From: Podarcis bocagei
Lineage: Eukaryota
NCBI GenBank assembly: GCA_964188305.1
Contig: OZ076894.1
Direction: 5' to 3' (one strand)
Length of the DNA stretch: 64,000 nt
The translations under genes were made by a program, and so were the position numbers. This document shows positions 23,413 through 36,914 of this stretch, in pieces; within the stretch, counting starts at the first letter, position 1, and each line of letters begins with the position of its first letter. The notes beneath the pieces are model-generated. The model saw only the letters and a program-made list of their open reading frames with translations, made no database searches and was not told where the DNA came from.

Positions 23413-24171
23413 CTTACACATACTCCTCACCCCTATTACCGACTCCAGTGGGAGGGAGCAAGGTAAATAATCACTCTTCCTGCCAACCTGATTCTGCATT
23501 CCCATCCCCTACCCCCTCTAAGATGGGGGTGGATTGGATGGTGCAAATTTACTCCCAGCAATCTGGGGATGGAGCTTGCAGCCAAAGGATTCCCAGTCAT
23601 AGGACGGTAGAGATGGTTTTCCATTATATGCTATGAACAACAGCTATTAAATAGAACACATGTCCAAAAAAAGAGAGAGAGCACCAGTCCTTTACATTAC
23701 CTTTGCAAACTTTGCAATGTACAGACTGAGCTCAAAAATATATTTTGTTAATTGATTGTTAGGCTTCAAAATCTGCTAGGGCAACTAGAGATGTAAATTT
23801 AATATATTGCTTACAGGCATCAACATCTGTATATAAATGGCTTCTTCTCTAGCAAAAACATTTCCTATCTATTTGCTTAAGACTCGAATTATGAACATCA
23901 AAAACACAGATTGCCTGGAGCTTTCGAACTATTCTTGTTGCAATGTAATAACAGCTGCCACAATCCATGTAGCATTTATAGCGTGGTTGACCAACTGCAG
24001 TTCTTGTAATTATGGTCAAGCACCAAGATTTAAAGAAAATTAATCCTGAGGAACACAAACACTGCAATCAGTTAACACTATCAGCATTGTTTTCCATTTT
24101 TAAATATAGAGACAGAAGAACCACTACATACAATTTATAGGAGACAAACAAAATTCCTCCTTATGATGGAC

Positions 24172-24286
24172 CATGGGCGTAGCCAAGGGGGGGGGCAGAG
24201 GGGCAGCTCCCACCCCAAATCAATAAAAATCAATACAAACTTGAGGTTCTAACCCCCCCTTAACAAAAACCTTGCCTACGCCCATG
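24172..24286. mobile_element. Small hAT MITE
   Basis: 17-bp TIR catgggcgtagccaagg/ccttgcctacgcccatg; 8-bp TSD tgatggac/tgctggac. Confidence 0.78.
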
Positions 24287-24454
24287 TGCTGGACCATTTC
24301 ATTTGTTCATTTCCAGTGTGGCACTATGTCACCATACATTACTTTTTATTACTATTTGCAAAGTGGGAGGTGTTTAAACTGCCCAAGTCACCATGTCAGC
24401 AAGGTGGCCAATTGATCAGGTATTTTGCTTTTATGTAGGTAAAAGGAAACACAA

Positions 24455-25342
24455 TGCGGGTGGCGCTGTGGTCTAAGCCACCAAGCCTCTTGGGCTTGCC
24501 GATCAGAAAGTTGGTGGTTTGATGGGGTGCAGCTCCTGTTGCTTTGTCCCAGCTCTTGCCAATCTAGCAGTTTGAAAGCACCCATGTTGTTGTTGTTTAG
24601 TCGTTCAGTCGTGTCCGACTCTTTGTGACCCCATGGACCAGAGCACGCCAGGCACTTCTGTCTTCCACTGCCTCCTGCAGTTTGGTCAGACTCATGTTTG
24701 TAGCTTCGAGAACACTATCCAACCATCTCGTCCTCTGTCATCCCCTTCTCCTTGTGCCCTCCATCTTTCCCAACATCAGGGTCTTTTCCAGGGAGTCTTC
24801 TCTTCTCATGAGGTGACCAAAGTATTGGAGCCTCAGCTTCACGATCTGTCCTTCCAGTGAGCAGTCAGGGCTGATTTCCTTAAGAATGGATAGGCTTCAT
24901 CTTCTTGCAGTCCATGGGACTCTCAAGAGTCTCCTCCAGCACCATAATTTAAAAGCATCAATTCTTTGGCGATCATCCTTCTTTACAGTCCAGCTCTCAC
25001 TTCCATACATCACTACTGGGAAAACCATAGTTTTAACTATACGGACCTTTGTTGGCAAGGTGATGTCTCTGCTTTTTAAGATGCTGTCTAGGTTTGCCAT
25101 CGCCTTTCTCCCAAGAAAGCGCCCATTTAAGTAGATAAATAGGTACCACTGCGGCGGTAACGTAAACACCATTTCTGTGTGCTCTGGCACCCGTCACGTG
25201 TTCTGTGTGCCAGAAGCGGTTTAGTCATGCTGGCCACATGACCTGGAGAGCTGCCTCCCTCAATCTGAAATCAGAGATAAGCACCGCACTCCATAGTTGA
25301 ATTTGAATGGACATAACCATCCAGGGGTCCTTTACCTTTATA
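24455..25342 (-). mobile_element. Sauria SINE interrupted by a BovB 3' fragment (~24586-25116)
   Basis: SINE halves flank BovB RT-end sequence with a (GTT) tail; TSD aaagcacccat/aaagcgcccat. Confidence 0.85.
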
Positions 25343-25891
25343 CCTTAGAACAGGTACAGGGAACCTTAAGTCGTCCAGATTTTCCAGAGATACAGTGATG
25401 GCATCTTTATCATCTAGATTCATAGGGAGGAGGTGTATAAGGAACTCCACTAAAACTTTCATTTCACCACCAGTCTCAATTTCCAGATATTATTCTGTCA
25501 CTACACAACGCATATATAAGCACTACCTTATACTGAACACTGCTACACATACATACATAAATACTAATCACTTCCTCCCAGAACACACTATGAAATCCTT
25601 TGTTTTCAGCCAAACCCTATGATATAACAGCATCTGTTCCAACTTGTTGGAGATTCCGTTTCAGGATTTACACATTTTACTCCCAGCTAGAATCGTTCCA
25701 GCACATTATCAGTGATCTACAGTCCATCCTGCATGGTAAAATCTTCCCCTAACTGGCCTTGGGTAGTTGACTTGAAGGCCCGGTGAAGCAGCCAGGCTTG
25801 ATCAAACTTTTGCTCTGAGCCAAGCAGAAAACAGGGAGGGGTCATGCATTGCTTGGATGCTGACAAGGAAGACGTCCACATCCACCTACAT

Positions 25892-26027
25892 CAGCCTTTC
25901 TCCACCTTGGGTCCCCAGGTATTGTTGAACCACAATTCCCATCATCCCTAGCCAGCAAGGCCAGAGTTCAGGGATGATGGGAGTTGTAGTCCAACAATAT
26001 CTGGGGACCCAAGATTGAGAAACACTG
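25892..26027. mobile_element. hAT-type palindromic MITE
   Basis: TIRs plus 8-bp TSD acctacat/acctagat; same family as 1451-1588. Confidence 0.78.
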
Positions 26028-26589
26028 ACCTAGATGCTTACAAAGGCATTTTACGTATGTATCACACTGTTTATGTAGCAGTTATGACATGTGAACAAAC
26101 TATAATGAGGTCATTAATCAATTTGTGCAAAATTCATTGCATGTGAAGAATGGGAGAGAGAAAGCGGGAGACATGAGAGAGAGAACAATCTGACACAATG
26201 GTCTTCAATAAACACAACTGGTGCTAAGGCGCTGCGGCAAAACCCTCTAAACAACAGACTACAGACTGGTCTGCATTTTCCCTCGAAGCCTCACCTCTGA
26301 CTGACCAGAAAAGGTTCAAGAGTTGCTCCTGCCTGAAGATCAGAGATTAACCATCACCCTTTGCTGGAAGAATCAAGTTAGACTGCAACAATCCACCACT
26401 GGTGGACAATTATATGCTTTTGTGGTTGGCAACCTTGGGAACATTTGCTTTGCATTGTATGGTAGCCTTGTAGGCATTTCATGTAAGCCTGAAAATTGAC
26501 TTTCACTTTTTTCTGTTTTGTTGTCTAGAGTTCTAAGTACACACCATTGCCCTGACACGTCTTCGTGTTTACAGGCCTGCCCTTGCTTA

Positions 26590-27400
26590 TGAACAGCCCC
26601 CTTACTTATGACTCGCCAGCAACAACACGCCTCCTAACAGACACATAAGCACAGGGATCAGACCTGCAAGAAAGCCCGTTCCGTATTCACCATGGCGACA
26701 CGATCACAGGTCAAAGCAACACCAGCCACAACAGTGGAGGCTCAATCACCAGGCTATCTTCCAATATGGCATCTGATATCATCTGCCAGAAATGCCCTTC
26801 TGCATTCTACACAGGGCAAGCAGGTTCCATCTCTACAGAAAATAATAAATTGACATTGATCTAGGAGTGGATGAATCAGCCTGTTTCTGGCCCATATGAT
26901 TCTTGCAGGAGTTTATTTGTAAGTTTGTTCTGTCTAATTTCTTCTCTAAATATGCAGATTTTTTTAAATTTTAAAAGATGGATATAAAATCTTAAAATAG
27001 CTATTTTCGAATGCATTCATTCATAAAACATTCACATGCATTTTCTCTCTCACCCACCCACCCACCCACCCACCAAAAACGGCATCATAAAATTTGAAAA
27101 TTGGTGAAATGAAATCTGAAGGAAGCTGTTCCAATCTACACATTATTCTGGAATGTGTTGATCAGGTCAGTTTGCATCAGTATTTGGGGGGAAAGGGGGG
27201 GTATTCTAGCAAACCTGTCGAAATCTGTCATTAGGAAAGGCAATATTCAGAAATGCCACTGAATATTTACGGACCTGCAAGTGCCTGTTCTTGAACAAAG
27301 GAGCTTCAAGGGAAACTCTACTGAATTACAAGATCAAGAAATTCAGTTATTTCACCTGAATCAAGCTAATGGTGTGTGTTTAAATTTCACTATAAGTGTT
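26590..27400 (+). mobile_element. Degraded Penelope-like element (GIY-YIG endonuclease region)
   Basis: Remnant translation TITG..NTSH...SSN..IICQKCPSAFYTGQ, typical of a PLE GIY-YIG domain; fragmented. Confidence 0.5.
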
Positions 27401-27689
27401 AAATTAGTTTACCAATGGCAGATTGTCTGTGTTGTCATCAACACTGAACAGTCATTGCAATGATCTTACGTACATTTAAACTAGAATGTAATTGTCAGTC
27501 AGCATTTTTTTTTTGCATATCATTTCCCTCTGATCTTGCTGCTTAGAATTTTTCCACCTCTGCAATCATGTGTATATTTATATCTTCCACAATAGTGTCC
27601 TGTCTGTATCTCTTTCCCCACCCCGTGTGTGTGTGTGTGTGTACACACACCGTGGAAAAGACCCATTCTTGTATTGCTACTCTCCAAAC

Positions 27690-28380
27690 CCCTCACATAA
27701 GAGGCACATGAAGAAGGGCCTCAGGTGATTATTGCAGGGTCTGAGTCAATTCATATGGGAAGAGGTATTGTGATCCTGAGCTGTTTAAGACTTTACAGTC
27801 AAAACCAGCAATTTCAATTGGGTCCAGAACTAATCAGCAAAATGGTCCCACCCACCCCCGACTCAGGACAGCTGCTCCAGAAGGATATCATGGATGATGG
27901 TATCAAAAGCCGCCGATAGGTTGAGGAGAATTAACAAGGACACATCTCCCCTGTCTCTCAACAGAGGTCATCATACAAGCCAAAACAATTTCTATGCCAA
28001 AACCCTGATTGAAATGGATCTAGAAAAATGAGTTTCCTCCAAGAGCATCTGGATCTGGTCCAAGACCGCCCCTCAAAAACCTTCCCCCAAAAAGAGACAC
28101 TGGCAACTGGCCACTAATTACATAGATTTTCCGAATCCAGGGAGGATTTATTGAGGAGGGGTTTTACTACTGCCTCCTTCAAGCAGGCAGGGGCCTCACC
28201 CTCTCACAAGAAGACATTAATCTTCACCCTGGCCCAGCCAGCTGTCCCCTTCCTGCTCGTTTATCAGCCAAGAGGGGCAAGGGTCCAGAGCGCAAGTGGC
28301 TGCCCTGACTGATCCAAGCACCTTCTTCATGTACTTGAGTCTTATTAGCTGAAACTTATCCAACATAGCATTGGTTGGCC
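27690..28380 (-). mobile_element. Old L2 RT fragment
   Basis: Remnant ATCALDPCPSWLIN and adjacent L2-like sequence with many frameshifts. Confidence 0.6.
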
Positions 28381-28473
28381 TCTGTCTTGGGAGACAATGG
28401 AGGACTGTGCCTTTGGGGGTGAAGTCAAACTGTTGGAAGGTTACAACGCTTGCTCTACATAACAGAACTAAAC

Positions 28474-28563
28474 AGTGTTCTGGACCCATATAAATATAGT
28501 GTTCTGGACCCATATAAATATAGTGTTCTGGACCCATATAAATAGTGTTCTGGACCCATATAT
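28474..28563. repeat. 22-24-bp minisatellite (agtgttctggacccatata) x4
   Basis: Copies start at 28474, 28498, 28522 and 28544. Confidence 0.9.
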
Positions 28564-29550
28564 ATTTAGATAGAGAGTGTGCACACACACACACAACTTA
28601 GAATAAGACTTCATGCATCTGACTTAGTGGATTCCAGTCCAGGGAACTTTATGCCATGTGCAAATCTTTAAGCTACCACAGAACTCTGTTTTTGAAAAGG
28701 GCTGACAAACCAGAGAGAAATTTTGAAAGGAACTGGATAATTCCAAGCAGATATTTACCTGGATTATCAAAGACAACTGGAGAGTGTTTATAAAAGAATT
28801 CGTGGAATATTAACATTTTCTGTTTTAGCACAGTGTCATAACCACTGTACAAAAACTGCATGTATATCTTTTTAGATTCTTGGACTCCAGGGCAAATGCC
28901 ATCTAGGCAGGAAACATGGAAGAGCCTGCTATTTAAAGGGGGGGAAACCTCAAGAATGCCCTTAGACATGTTTTGAGACAAAAATGTACAAACCCAGAGA
29001 CTGAGGCTGCCATGTTGGTCGAACAAACAAATGTCTAAAACTACTCATTTAAATGTAATAGCCAAAAGCGATATCCATGCATTGTTTACTTATTTGTTCT
29101 AAAGATTTGATGCCGATATCTATGAAGCTACTTGTACAATAAGAGTCAGTGGGCATATACAAGGAAAGAACTCGAAACACAACTGACAGAAGAAACGCTA
29201 CGCCCTTGAGCACCTGGGGAAAATGTATGAACAGCTACATATAATTAACTTAAGGGAAACATTAGGGGTCCATAAGTTCAAAATTTCCATTTTTATTTCC
29301 CCCCTGACTGAGGGACTATCTCAACAACTAGCATTCAGAAACTATTCCCCTCAGGGTTGTCATCCTGAGTCAGCCCTGCCTACGCTGGGAACTCTTCCAC
29401 AGTAGTTGCTGTGGATTATCATCATCACCCATTGTCTGGAATTGCTCCTCAACCCTGCCCTGTTTTGGAATGCAGACTGGCCTGACATCTCTTGAATTCC
29501 CCTGCTCAGATTGGCTCAGCCTTTTAAAAATAAGCAGGAAGAGGCTATTG

Positions 29551-29802
29551 CATGGGTAGGCAAACTAAGGCCCGGGGGCCGGATCTGGTCCAACTGCCTT
29601 CTCAAGCCGGCCTATGGACAGTCTGGGAATCTGTGTGTTTTTACATTAGTAGAATGTGTCCTTTTATTTAAAATGCATCTACGGGTTATTTGTGGGGCAT
29701 AGGAATCCGTTCATATATATTTTTTCAAAATATAATTCAGCCCCCCACAAGGTCTGAGGGACAGTGGACCAGCCCCTTGCTGAAAAAAAATGCTGACCCC
29801 TG
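29551..29802. mobile_element. hAT-Charlie-type MITE (OposCharlie1-like)
   Basis: Perfect 8-bp TSD ggctattg; CA(T/G)GGGT termini; ggcccgggggccggat and tctgagggacagtgg subterminal motifs. Confidence 0.75.
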
Positions 29803-30484
29803 GGCTATTGGGAGGCTGGTCAACAGCTTGCACTGTGAGCTCCTTGGCTGTGATTCTTCTTGTGACTGCATCCTTAAACTGGCCTGCTTTGAGCCTGTCT
29901 GTTGAAAGCTGCTCTGTAACCAAACTGCTAGCAGCCAAGTTAATTTGCTGCACCATTACCAACAGGGCAAGAAAGTGCAATCCCATACAGGTCTACTCAG
30001 CAGCAAGCCCCACCGAGGTCAATGGGACTTGCCTCCAGCTAATCCATTGCAGAAATATGAAAATTAGCATGTCTATGTCATCAAGGAACACCACACTTCC
30101 ATCAGAGTAAGAGGTTATGTGTACTTCTCAAGCGGAGAAACAGGGGGCGGAGGGAGAGAGAGATGGGAATTATATTAATATCCCTGGGTTATGAAGATCA
30201 AACTAGAACGAGAAAATATGTTAACAGTATGACACTCTTCAAAATTACCTTCTGAAAAGACTAATCAGAAATTTCAGTACTGCTTTGGTCACACTTCTTA
30301 ACTATTTCCCATGGAATACCTTGAATATCAAAAAAATGATATGCCACTCTTCAGTAAAAACTCTTAGGGCAGCTTATAGCAAAATAATTAAACACCATAA
30401 TGCATAGTACATTGCAAAAATAAAACCACAGAAGCAGCAATTAAGACAAACTTGGGAAAAATCAACAGAATGAATAAAAACATA

Positions 30485-30719
30485 CAGTGGTACCTCAGGT
30501 TAAGAACTTGATTTGTTCCGGAGGTCTGTTCTTAACATGAAACTGTTCTTAAGCTGAAGCACCACTTTAGCTAATGGGGCCTCCCACTGCCGCTGCACCA
30601 CCGCCGTCTGATTTCTGTTCTCATCCTGAAGCAAAGTTCTTAACCCGAGGTACTATTTCTGGGTTAGTCTGTAACCTGAAGCGTCTAATCTGAAGCATCT
30701 GTAACCCGAGGTACCACTG
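30485..30719. mobile_element. Tigger/pogo-like MITE
   Basis: TIRs plus TA TSD; uninterrupted copy of the outer element at 5937-6416. Confidence 0.85.
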
Positions 30720-31675
30720 TACTAAAAGCTAACTGTGTTGGCCTGGTTTGCACAGCAAGGCTACGCTAAACTGCGGCTTACTGAGAACATGCAAAGATGT
30801 TATTGGAGAGACACTTGCAGGCATTTTCTCCCCCCCCCCCGCCCCAGTCTTTTTCATTCTAATAACGCACAGAGCTAAGCCAAGGTTCAGCTTCGTGTGT
30901 CATCCAAACTTGGGCTTCCTTGCTGGCTACAGCTTGTGATCAATGATGAGAGCGCTTAACCATGAGCCCAGATTCAGATGACATACTAAACCAAACTTTG
31001 ACTTAGTTCAGCATGGTGCAAGAGTAAAAAAGATCAGAGAAGAGAAACGCTCCCTTTCAAGCCACTTCTCTCTCAGCCTCCGTTTCTTTTCCCAAATGAG
31101 AGAATAAGAGAGAGCTTTCATAAGGCGCAATAACTAAAGAAATCAAAATCAATTACACGGTAAACACTAGAAATCACCCTTCTTTCATAAACTAATGCCC
31201 ATACTGCTGTAGCCTTTGCTGTCTCCACTGAGGTGACCTTATAGAGCTGTAATGACACGTTTGAATAATAGCCCTATTTTGTAAATCAGCAGAATCAGGG
31301 ACATCAGACCTGCATTGAGAAACCTGAACTCTCGGGCTGTCTTTTCTTCCCTTTTAAAATGCCAAGTTGAATGTACACAATCAAGACTGCTCTGACTGCT
31401 GGGTAAAGAAAGGGGAGCGGAAAGTTTAGAGCAAATAGCCAGTTCTCACAGTGAAGGGAAATCAACGGTGTGATTCCCTGAAGGATCTGCTTTAGGAAGT
31501 CAGGGGAGGGCAGTGGTGTAGCCAAGCAAAGTGTGAGGTAGCCAAGTGAACAGTGAGGTAGCTCTTCACCATCACGGATGGGGAAAATGCAATCAAACTG
31601 TGAAGAACTCTCCTCCTCCAGCCACCAAAAAATTTCTTACATCTTGGTGAATCAACATCTAAACAGAACAAGAGA

Positions 31676-32366
31676 TTCTCACAGCTGTCCATGGAGGCGC
31701 AGGTCAATTCTGTGTCCAGGGTGGCTGTCTACCAGCTCCTTCTGGTACGCAGGCTGAGACCCTACCTGCCCGCAGACTGTCTCACCAGAGTGGTGCATGC
31801 TCTAGTTATCTCCCGCTTGGACTACTGCAATGCGCTCTATCTATGTGGGGCTACCTTTGAAGGTGACCTGGAAACTACAACTAATCCAGAATGCGGCAGC
31901 TAGACTGGTGACTGGGGGCAGCTGCCGAGAACATATAACACTGGTCCAGGAAAGACCTACATTTGCTCCCAGTACATTTTCAAGCACAATTCAAAGTGTT
32001 GGTGCTGACCTTTAAAGCCCTAAACAGCCTCGGCCCAGTATACCTGAAAGAGCGTCTCCATCCACATCGTTCAGCCTTGACGCTGAGGTCCAGCGCCGAG
32101 GGCCTTCTGGCAGTTCCCTCGCTGCGAGAAGTGAGGTTACAGGGAGCCAGGCAGAGGGCCTTCTCAGTAATGGCGTCCACTCTGACCTCCTATCAGATGT
32201 CAAGGAAATAAACAACTACCTGAGTTTTAGAAAACGTCTGAAGGCAGTCCTGTTTAGGGAAGTTTATTTATGTTCAATGTTTTATCGTGTTTTTAATATT
32301 CTGCTGGGAGCCGCTCAGAGTGGCTGGGGAGACCCGGTCAGATGGACCGGGTATAAGTAATAAATA

Positions 32367-32409
<43 letters not shown>
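31676..32409 (+). mobile_element. Frameshifted L2 3' fragment with (GTT)n tail
   Basis: High similarity to 3693-4380, with indels. Confidence 0.85.
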
Positions 32410-34599
32410 CGAGGTATGTTCAGCCTGCAACCTTAAGCCAACTTACTTGGGAGAAAGTCTCACTGAACTCAGTGAGAATGACTTCCATGTATCCAAGTAT
32501 AAGATTTGCACTGTGAAGTGTAAAGTGATTCAGATAAATCCCTAACCTCACATGCACTGACTGTATCTAACCTGGCAGTGACTAACTAGGAAAAATATAT
32601 TGGGGTTACGGTGGATCCTGCAGTGAAAAAACCAATCCGATGTATGGGTGTGGTGTTTGCAAAAAACCCAAATTTTAGGATTAACATAAAGGAATTGAAA
32701 ACTACAAGTAGTGTAATGCACAAGATAGCCAGTAATTTAATGCAGATCTATCAATATATGCCAGTCTGCATTTGGAATAATGGGTACATTTCTAGCCATT
32801 CCATATCGGAAAAGGGTATATTGCAGAGCTAGATGATGCAACACCAATAGGAGGGACCTTATGGGCAAAATAAATGGCAGCCATCACCTGGCAACCCAGG
32901 AGTGCCAATCCCCTGCTCACCTCAATTCCTCTAAAAACAATACTACATAATTGCTTAACATTGCTCGGAGGCCTGGTGGTGCAGCGGTGGCTCATCACAG
33001 TAATACTGGAGGGGAGGTTTGGCAAGATGGGTGTGTTCCATTATGGCTCAACACCAGCAATACCAGTTCTTCCTAAGCAAATGCTGGAGGAGGCCACCAT
33101 CGCCACAGGTGGAAGTATGATGGCAGATTAAAGGGATCTTGAGTCTGCTCTTGCATTCCCTGAGCTACAAGTATTCATTTAATGATTTTCTGCAGTCTGT
33201 TTATTCCCCCCCCCCACCAAATAGCTGAGTAACACCTAGTGAAATATATTGCCCTTTTCGCTTTTTTTGCAGCAATGTGAATGCTATTCTTACAGCGCAA
33301 CAATACTTTTTATTAGGACAAGCAAAAATGTCACATTTAAGTGAACATTTTTGATAGCTCTAATAAACTTTCCTGTGACATTTAGGTGTGTTTTTTTAGG
33401 ATTTGCACTCTACTTAGCTTGTCTACTGTGTTCCTGAATATTTATTGCAAATTGGATTTATTGTATAAAGATTCTGCTTCTGTTCTCGTATCAACCCCCT
33501 AAAACACACAGACATTACTGATATCATCACACAGCTACTTCTTTTGAGAAGGGAGACAAATGAAAAATGGGCTTTAGAGTACTCCTTGTACTCTGGGCAT
33601 GCTTCCCTTCTCTCTACTACTAGCCTCTTCCCCTCCCCCAGCATCTCAATTTCAGCCGCACTATTGTTAACCATATTAAAATTTCAACATGTACGGTTGT
33701 GGCTTCTAGTTTTCCTTTAACCCTCTTGGGCAGATGAGCGCAAAAAAATGGAATATTTCTTAAATCCCGAAGACCGCTTGCACAGTTCTTAAGAAAACCA
33801 TGAATTTGCAAAGGATTCCGACCTTGATCACCTGCTTCTTTGAAACAGCAGCATTTGTGCAATTCAGACTTTCCAGTTGTCTGGAGAAAAGAAGTAGTGA
33901 GAGTAAGGGCAATCCTAAAACCAATTTACCAGGGAGTAAATTTACTCACTGAGCTCAGTGGGAAGTGCTCCTGGTGTAAACATGTTTAGGATTGTCCCCT
34001 TATGGTCTGTCAGGGTTTTTTCTGCAAAAAAATTTATTATTATTATGAATGAAAAGCCTTGACGGAAAACAGACGTCTCATTCCGGATAGTGTAACCTTT
34101 AGGGCACTTGATCGAGTTATTGGGTGGGTGGTGGGTTCGCAGGAAACGAAACCTTCCGTCTTTCAACCATAATAACTAGCAGATTTCACAGCTCATTAAA
34201 ATATGGTGACGGGAGTTCCATGATAAATGGCCTTAGAGAAGGTTAGACAAAGCAATGCAGCTCTGGAGCTTTGTGGGAGATGTAGCAAGCAAACAAAAGT
34301 CATCCCTTTCTCTCTTGCCTCCGGGAAAATTAATGCAAGAATCAAAGAAAACACTAACCCAAGGGATTAAAATAAAAAAATGGGAAGAAATTCAAAAGTC
34401 AGTGCACACTGAAATCTATAGGGTATGAAAGTACTGCCAAAGCAAGCCTTGCCAACATGCATAGCTCTGCTTTTATTTAATCCTTTTAGGAGAGCTGCCA
34501 ATGTGTACGTTCATCACAGATGCCTTTCATTGATGCTCAAGAAATACCCCGTTTTCAGAAAGCAGACACATCCTCTAGGTTGACTGGCAGCCTGCACAG

Positions 34600-35250
34600 C
34601 CAGCCTTCCACGCAAACACAGACCCACACAAGGAAATAGCAGCCTGCAGTCTAACAATAGACAGGCGCGGAGTCCCCCCGCAAAAAACCAAGAATGGATT
34701 TGGGGGGTTAACGGAACAAGAGGTGCGAACGCCTGAAAGCGACAAGGTCAGGGAAACGCAAAGCAGACGGCAGGATTCAAACCCACGCCTCGGCGGCTTC
34801 TGAACAATGCTTTTATGCGTAAATACGCGCAAGAGATGAGAAAGAAGGCAAAAGGGGGGAGGGATGCGAATGCCCTACCTGGATTTGGCGACGAGAAATT
34901 GGGTCGGGCTTTCCCATCTGCGGTCTGGCCAGCCAGCAGCAGCCGCCCAGCCTCGTCCCTTAAGCCGCCTCCATTGCTGCCCGCGCTGCTGCCACACCAT
35001 GGCAAGGCGAGCCAATGCGATCACATGCTCGCTCTCTCCCTGCAACCTCAAGTTGAGAAGGGAGGGAACAGGCTCCGCGGAGGTCGAGGCGCGATCGCTC
35101 GCTCGCTTTCCCCCCCTTTCTAAACCAGGCTTCTCTCTCTCCGGCCCCACCCTTAAGCCTCGCCTAATAATAGATCAAGGGGGCTGCTTGAGCGTTGGTC
35201 GATTCCCGCGTGTGATCCACCTTCGTGGAACCGCAATGCTTGTTCCAGGG
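34600..35250 (-). promoter_or_regulatory. CpG island; probable promoter and first exon of CRACD (KIAA1211) by synteny
   Basis: CpG-dense non-repeat sequence downstream of the CEP135 3' end; minus-strand donor CCAG|GTAGGG at 34879/34878; CRACD follows CEP135 on the same strand in human (recalled synteny). Confidence 0.55.
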
Positions 35251-36914
35251 AGTCCCAAAAAAAGGAGGTAGGGCTTTCTGAAATAAGGGGCATCGTTAAA
35301 TTGCTGTGGATCAGGTGCTTCCTCAAATACCTCTTAAAATAAGCTGGCCTTTAGTCTCATTAGGCTACCTGCATATTGCTATATGGACATACCGTACCCA
35401 TGTCGACTGGTGTGTGCTCTCTAGTCCCATTGTCTGTATGGAGAGTTTAAAGTCTAGTTGGGAAAGTGGGCTTAAAACACCTGAATGACACAAAGCTGGC
35501 TCACCTGTGGACCTCCAGGTGTTGTTAGATTACAGCTCCCATCCCTGGCCCTTGAATACACTGGCTGCAGCTGATGAGAGTTAACTAGATAGAACTGGCT
35601 ACAGACTCAGTAGGTTGGCATTGCCTTTTTATTTTAACTATTTTATGACTGACATTAGAAGTACACCATGGAGAAACTGATTTGTAAAAATGTTGCGTGG
35701 AAAAAATACAAGAGAGAGACATTACACATACTTCTGTAAATCAAGAAAATCTTTAATAAAAATACAAAAAAATGGTGAAAGAAACCTGGTGTATTGATCA
35801 CTAGACTTAATCATAGATTTTGAGCTATTTCTAGTCAGCTGAACTACAGGTTGAGTTGCAAAGTCAAAACAGTGCCTCTCAGTTTTGCCTATACTGATTC
35901 AGACTTCCTACCCACAGAGAATACCTTCCAGATCAGTTCATCTGCCACAGAACTGGTACACACTGCAGAAAAACTGGAGGAGCATCATAGGTAGGGGTTT
36001 TGTAATGACACAACAGTACAGTATGCACAGTGCATTTGTTGTGTAGTTTCCACACCGAGGTATGAAAGTGCACACTGAAGGCAGTTTCTATGGCCTTTTC
36101 TGCACGTCCTCAACATGCGCATGCAGAAGGTCCCATGTACAATGTCCAGGTATGTCTGGGAAGGACCACTGCCAGTCAGTGAGCTAGAGGAACCTATAAG
36201 GCAGCTTCCATGCTCCTATCACATTAAGCCAAATTGCAGTTTATACTGGGACCACACAGAGTTTCTTTGCTCCACCCCAGTCCGTAAACAAACATGTATT
36301 TTTACTCCTGCACAGTGGTGAGTTAAGCCAAGATTTGCCTTAGCATGTCTCCTGAAGCTGGACTTGTGGTTAAGCTCTCTTAGTGTGCTAATCACACACT
36401 GCATACCTTGGCTACAACGTTTGGTTAGTGTGGAGAGGAGACTGCTTAACCAGGAGCCCATGTTCTGATGACATCCTAAGCCAAACCTTGGCTAAGATTT
36501 AGCACTGCACAGGAGTTTTAAAAGACCAGGGGAAAACAAAAATCAGTTTTTGATAAGGCATAATTTAGCTTACCGTGACATGCAAAACATGCCTGTATAG
36601 GTATGTCCCTAGACGGATTGTTGCATAAACTTACACACAGAGAATAGGGAAGTTTTTGTTCAAAGTACAGTGACATTTTTGCATGGGCCAGGAGAATTGT
36701 TTTTTAATTTATCCACAATGTAGTGCTTAATATTCATGTCTAATATTTTTCTAAAAATAAGCAAAATGGTTCATCCATTAGGAGGCTACCTTGAGCTCTC
36801 CACACTTCTTTAAAACCAGAGACACATTTTAGATGCTTTTATTTTCATTGCTTACAGCAGACATTATTATTATCCTGTCCTTATTTTGTAAGATAACATC
36901 ATATCTTCAAAGTA

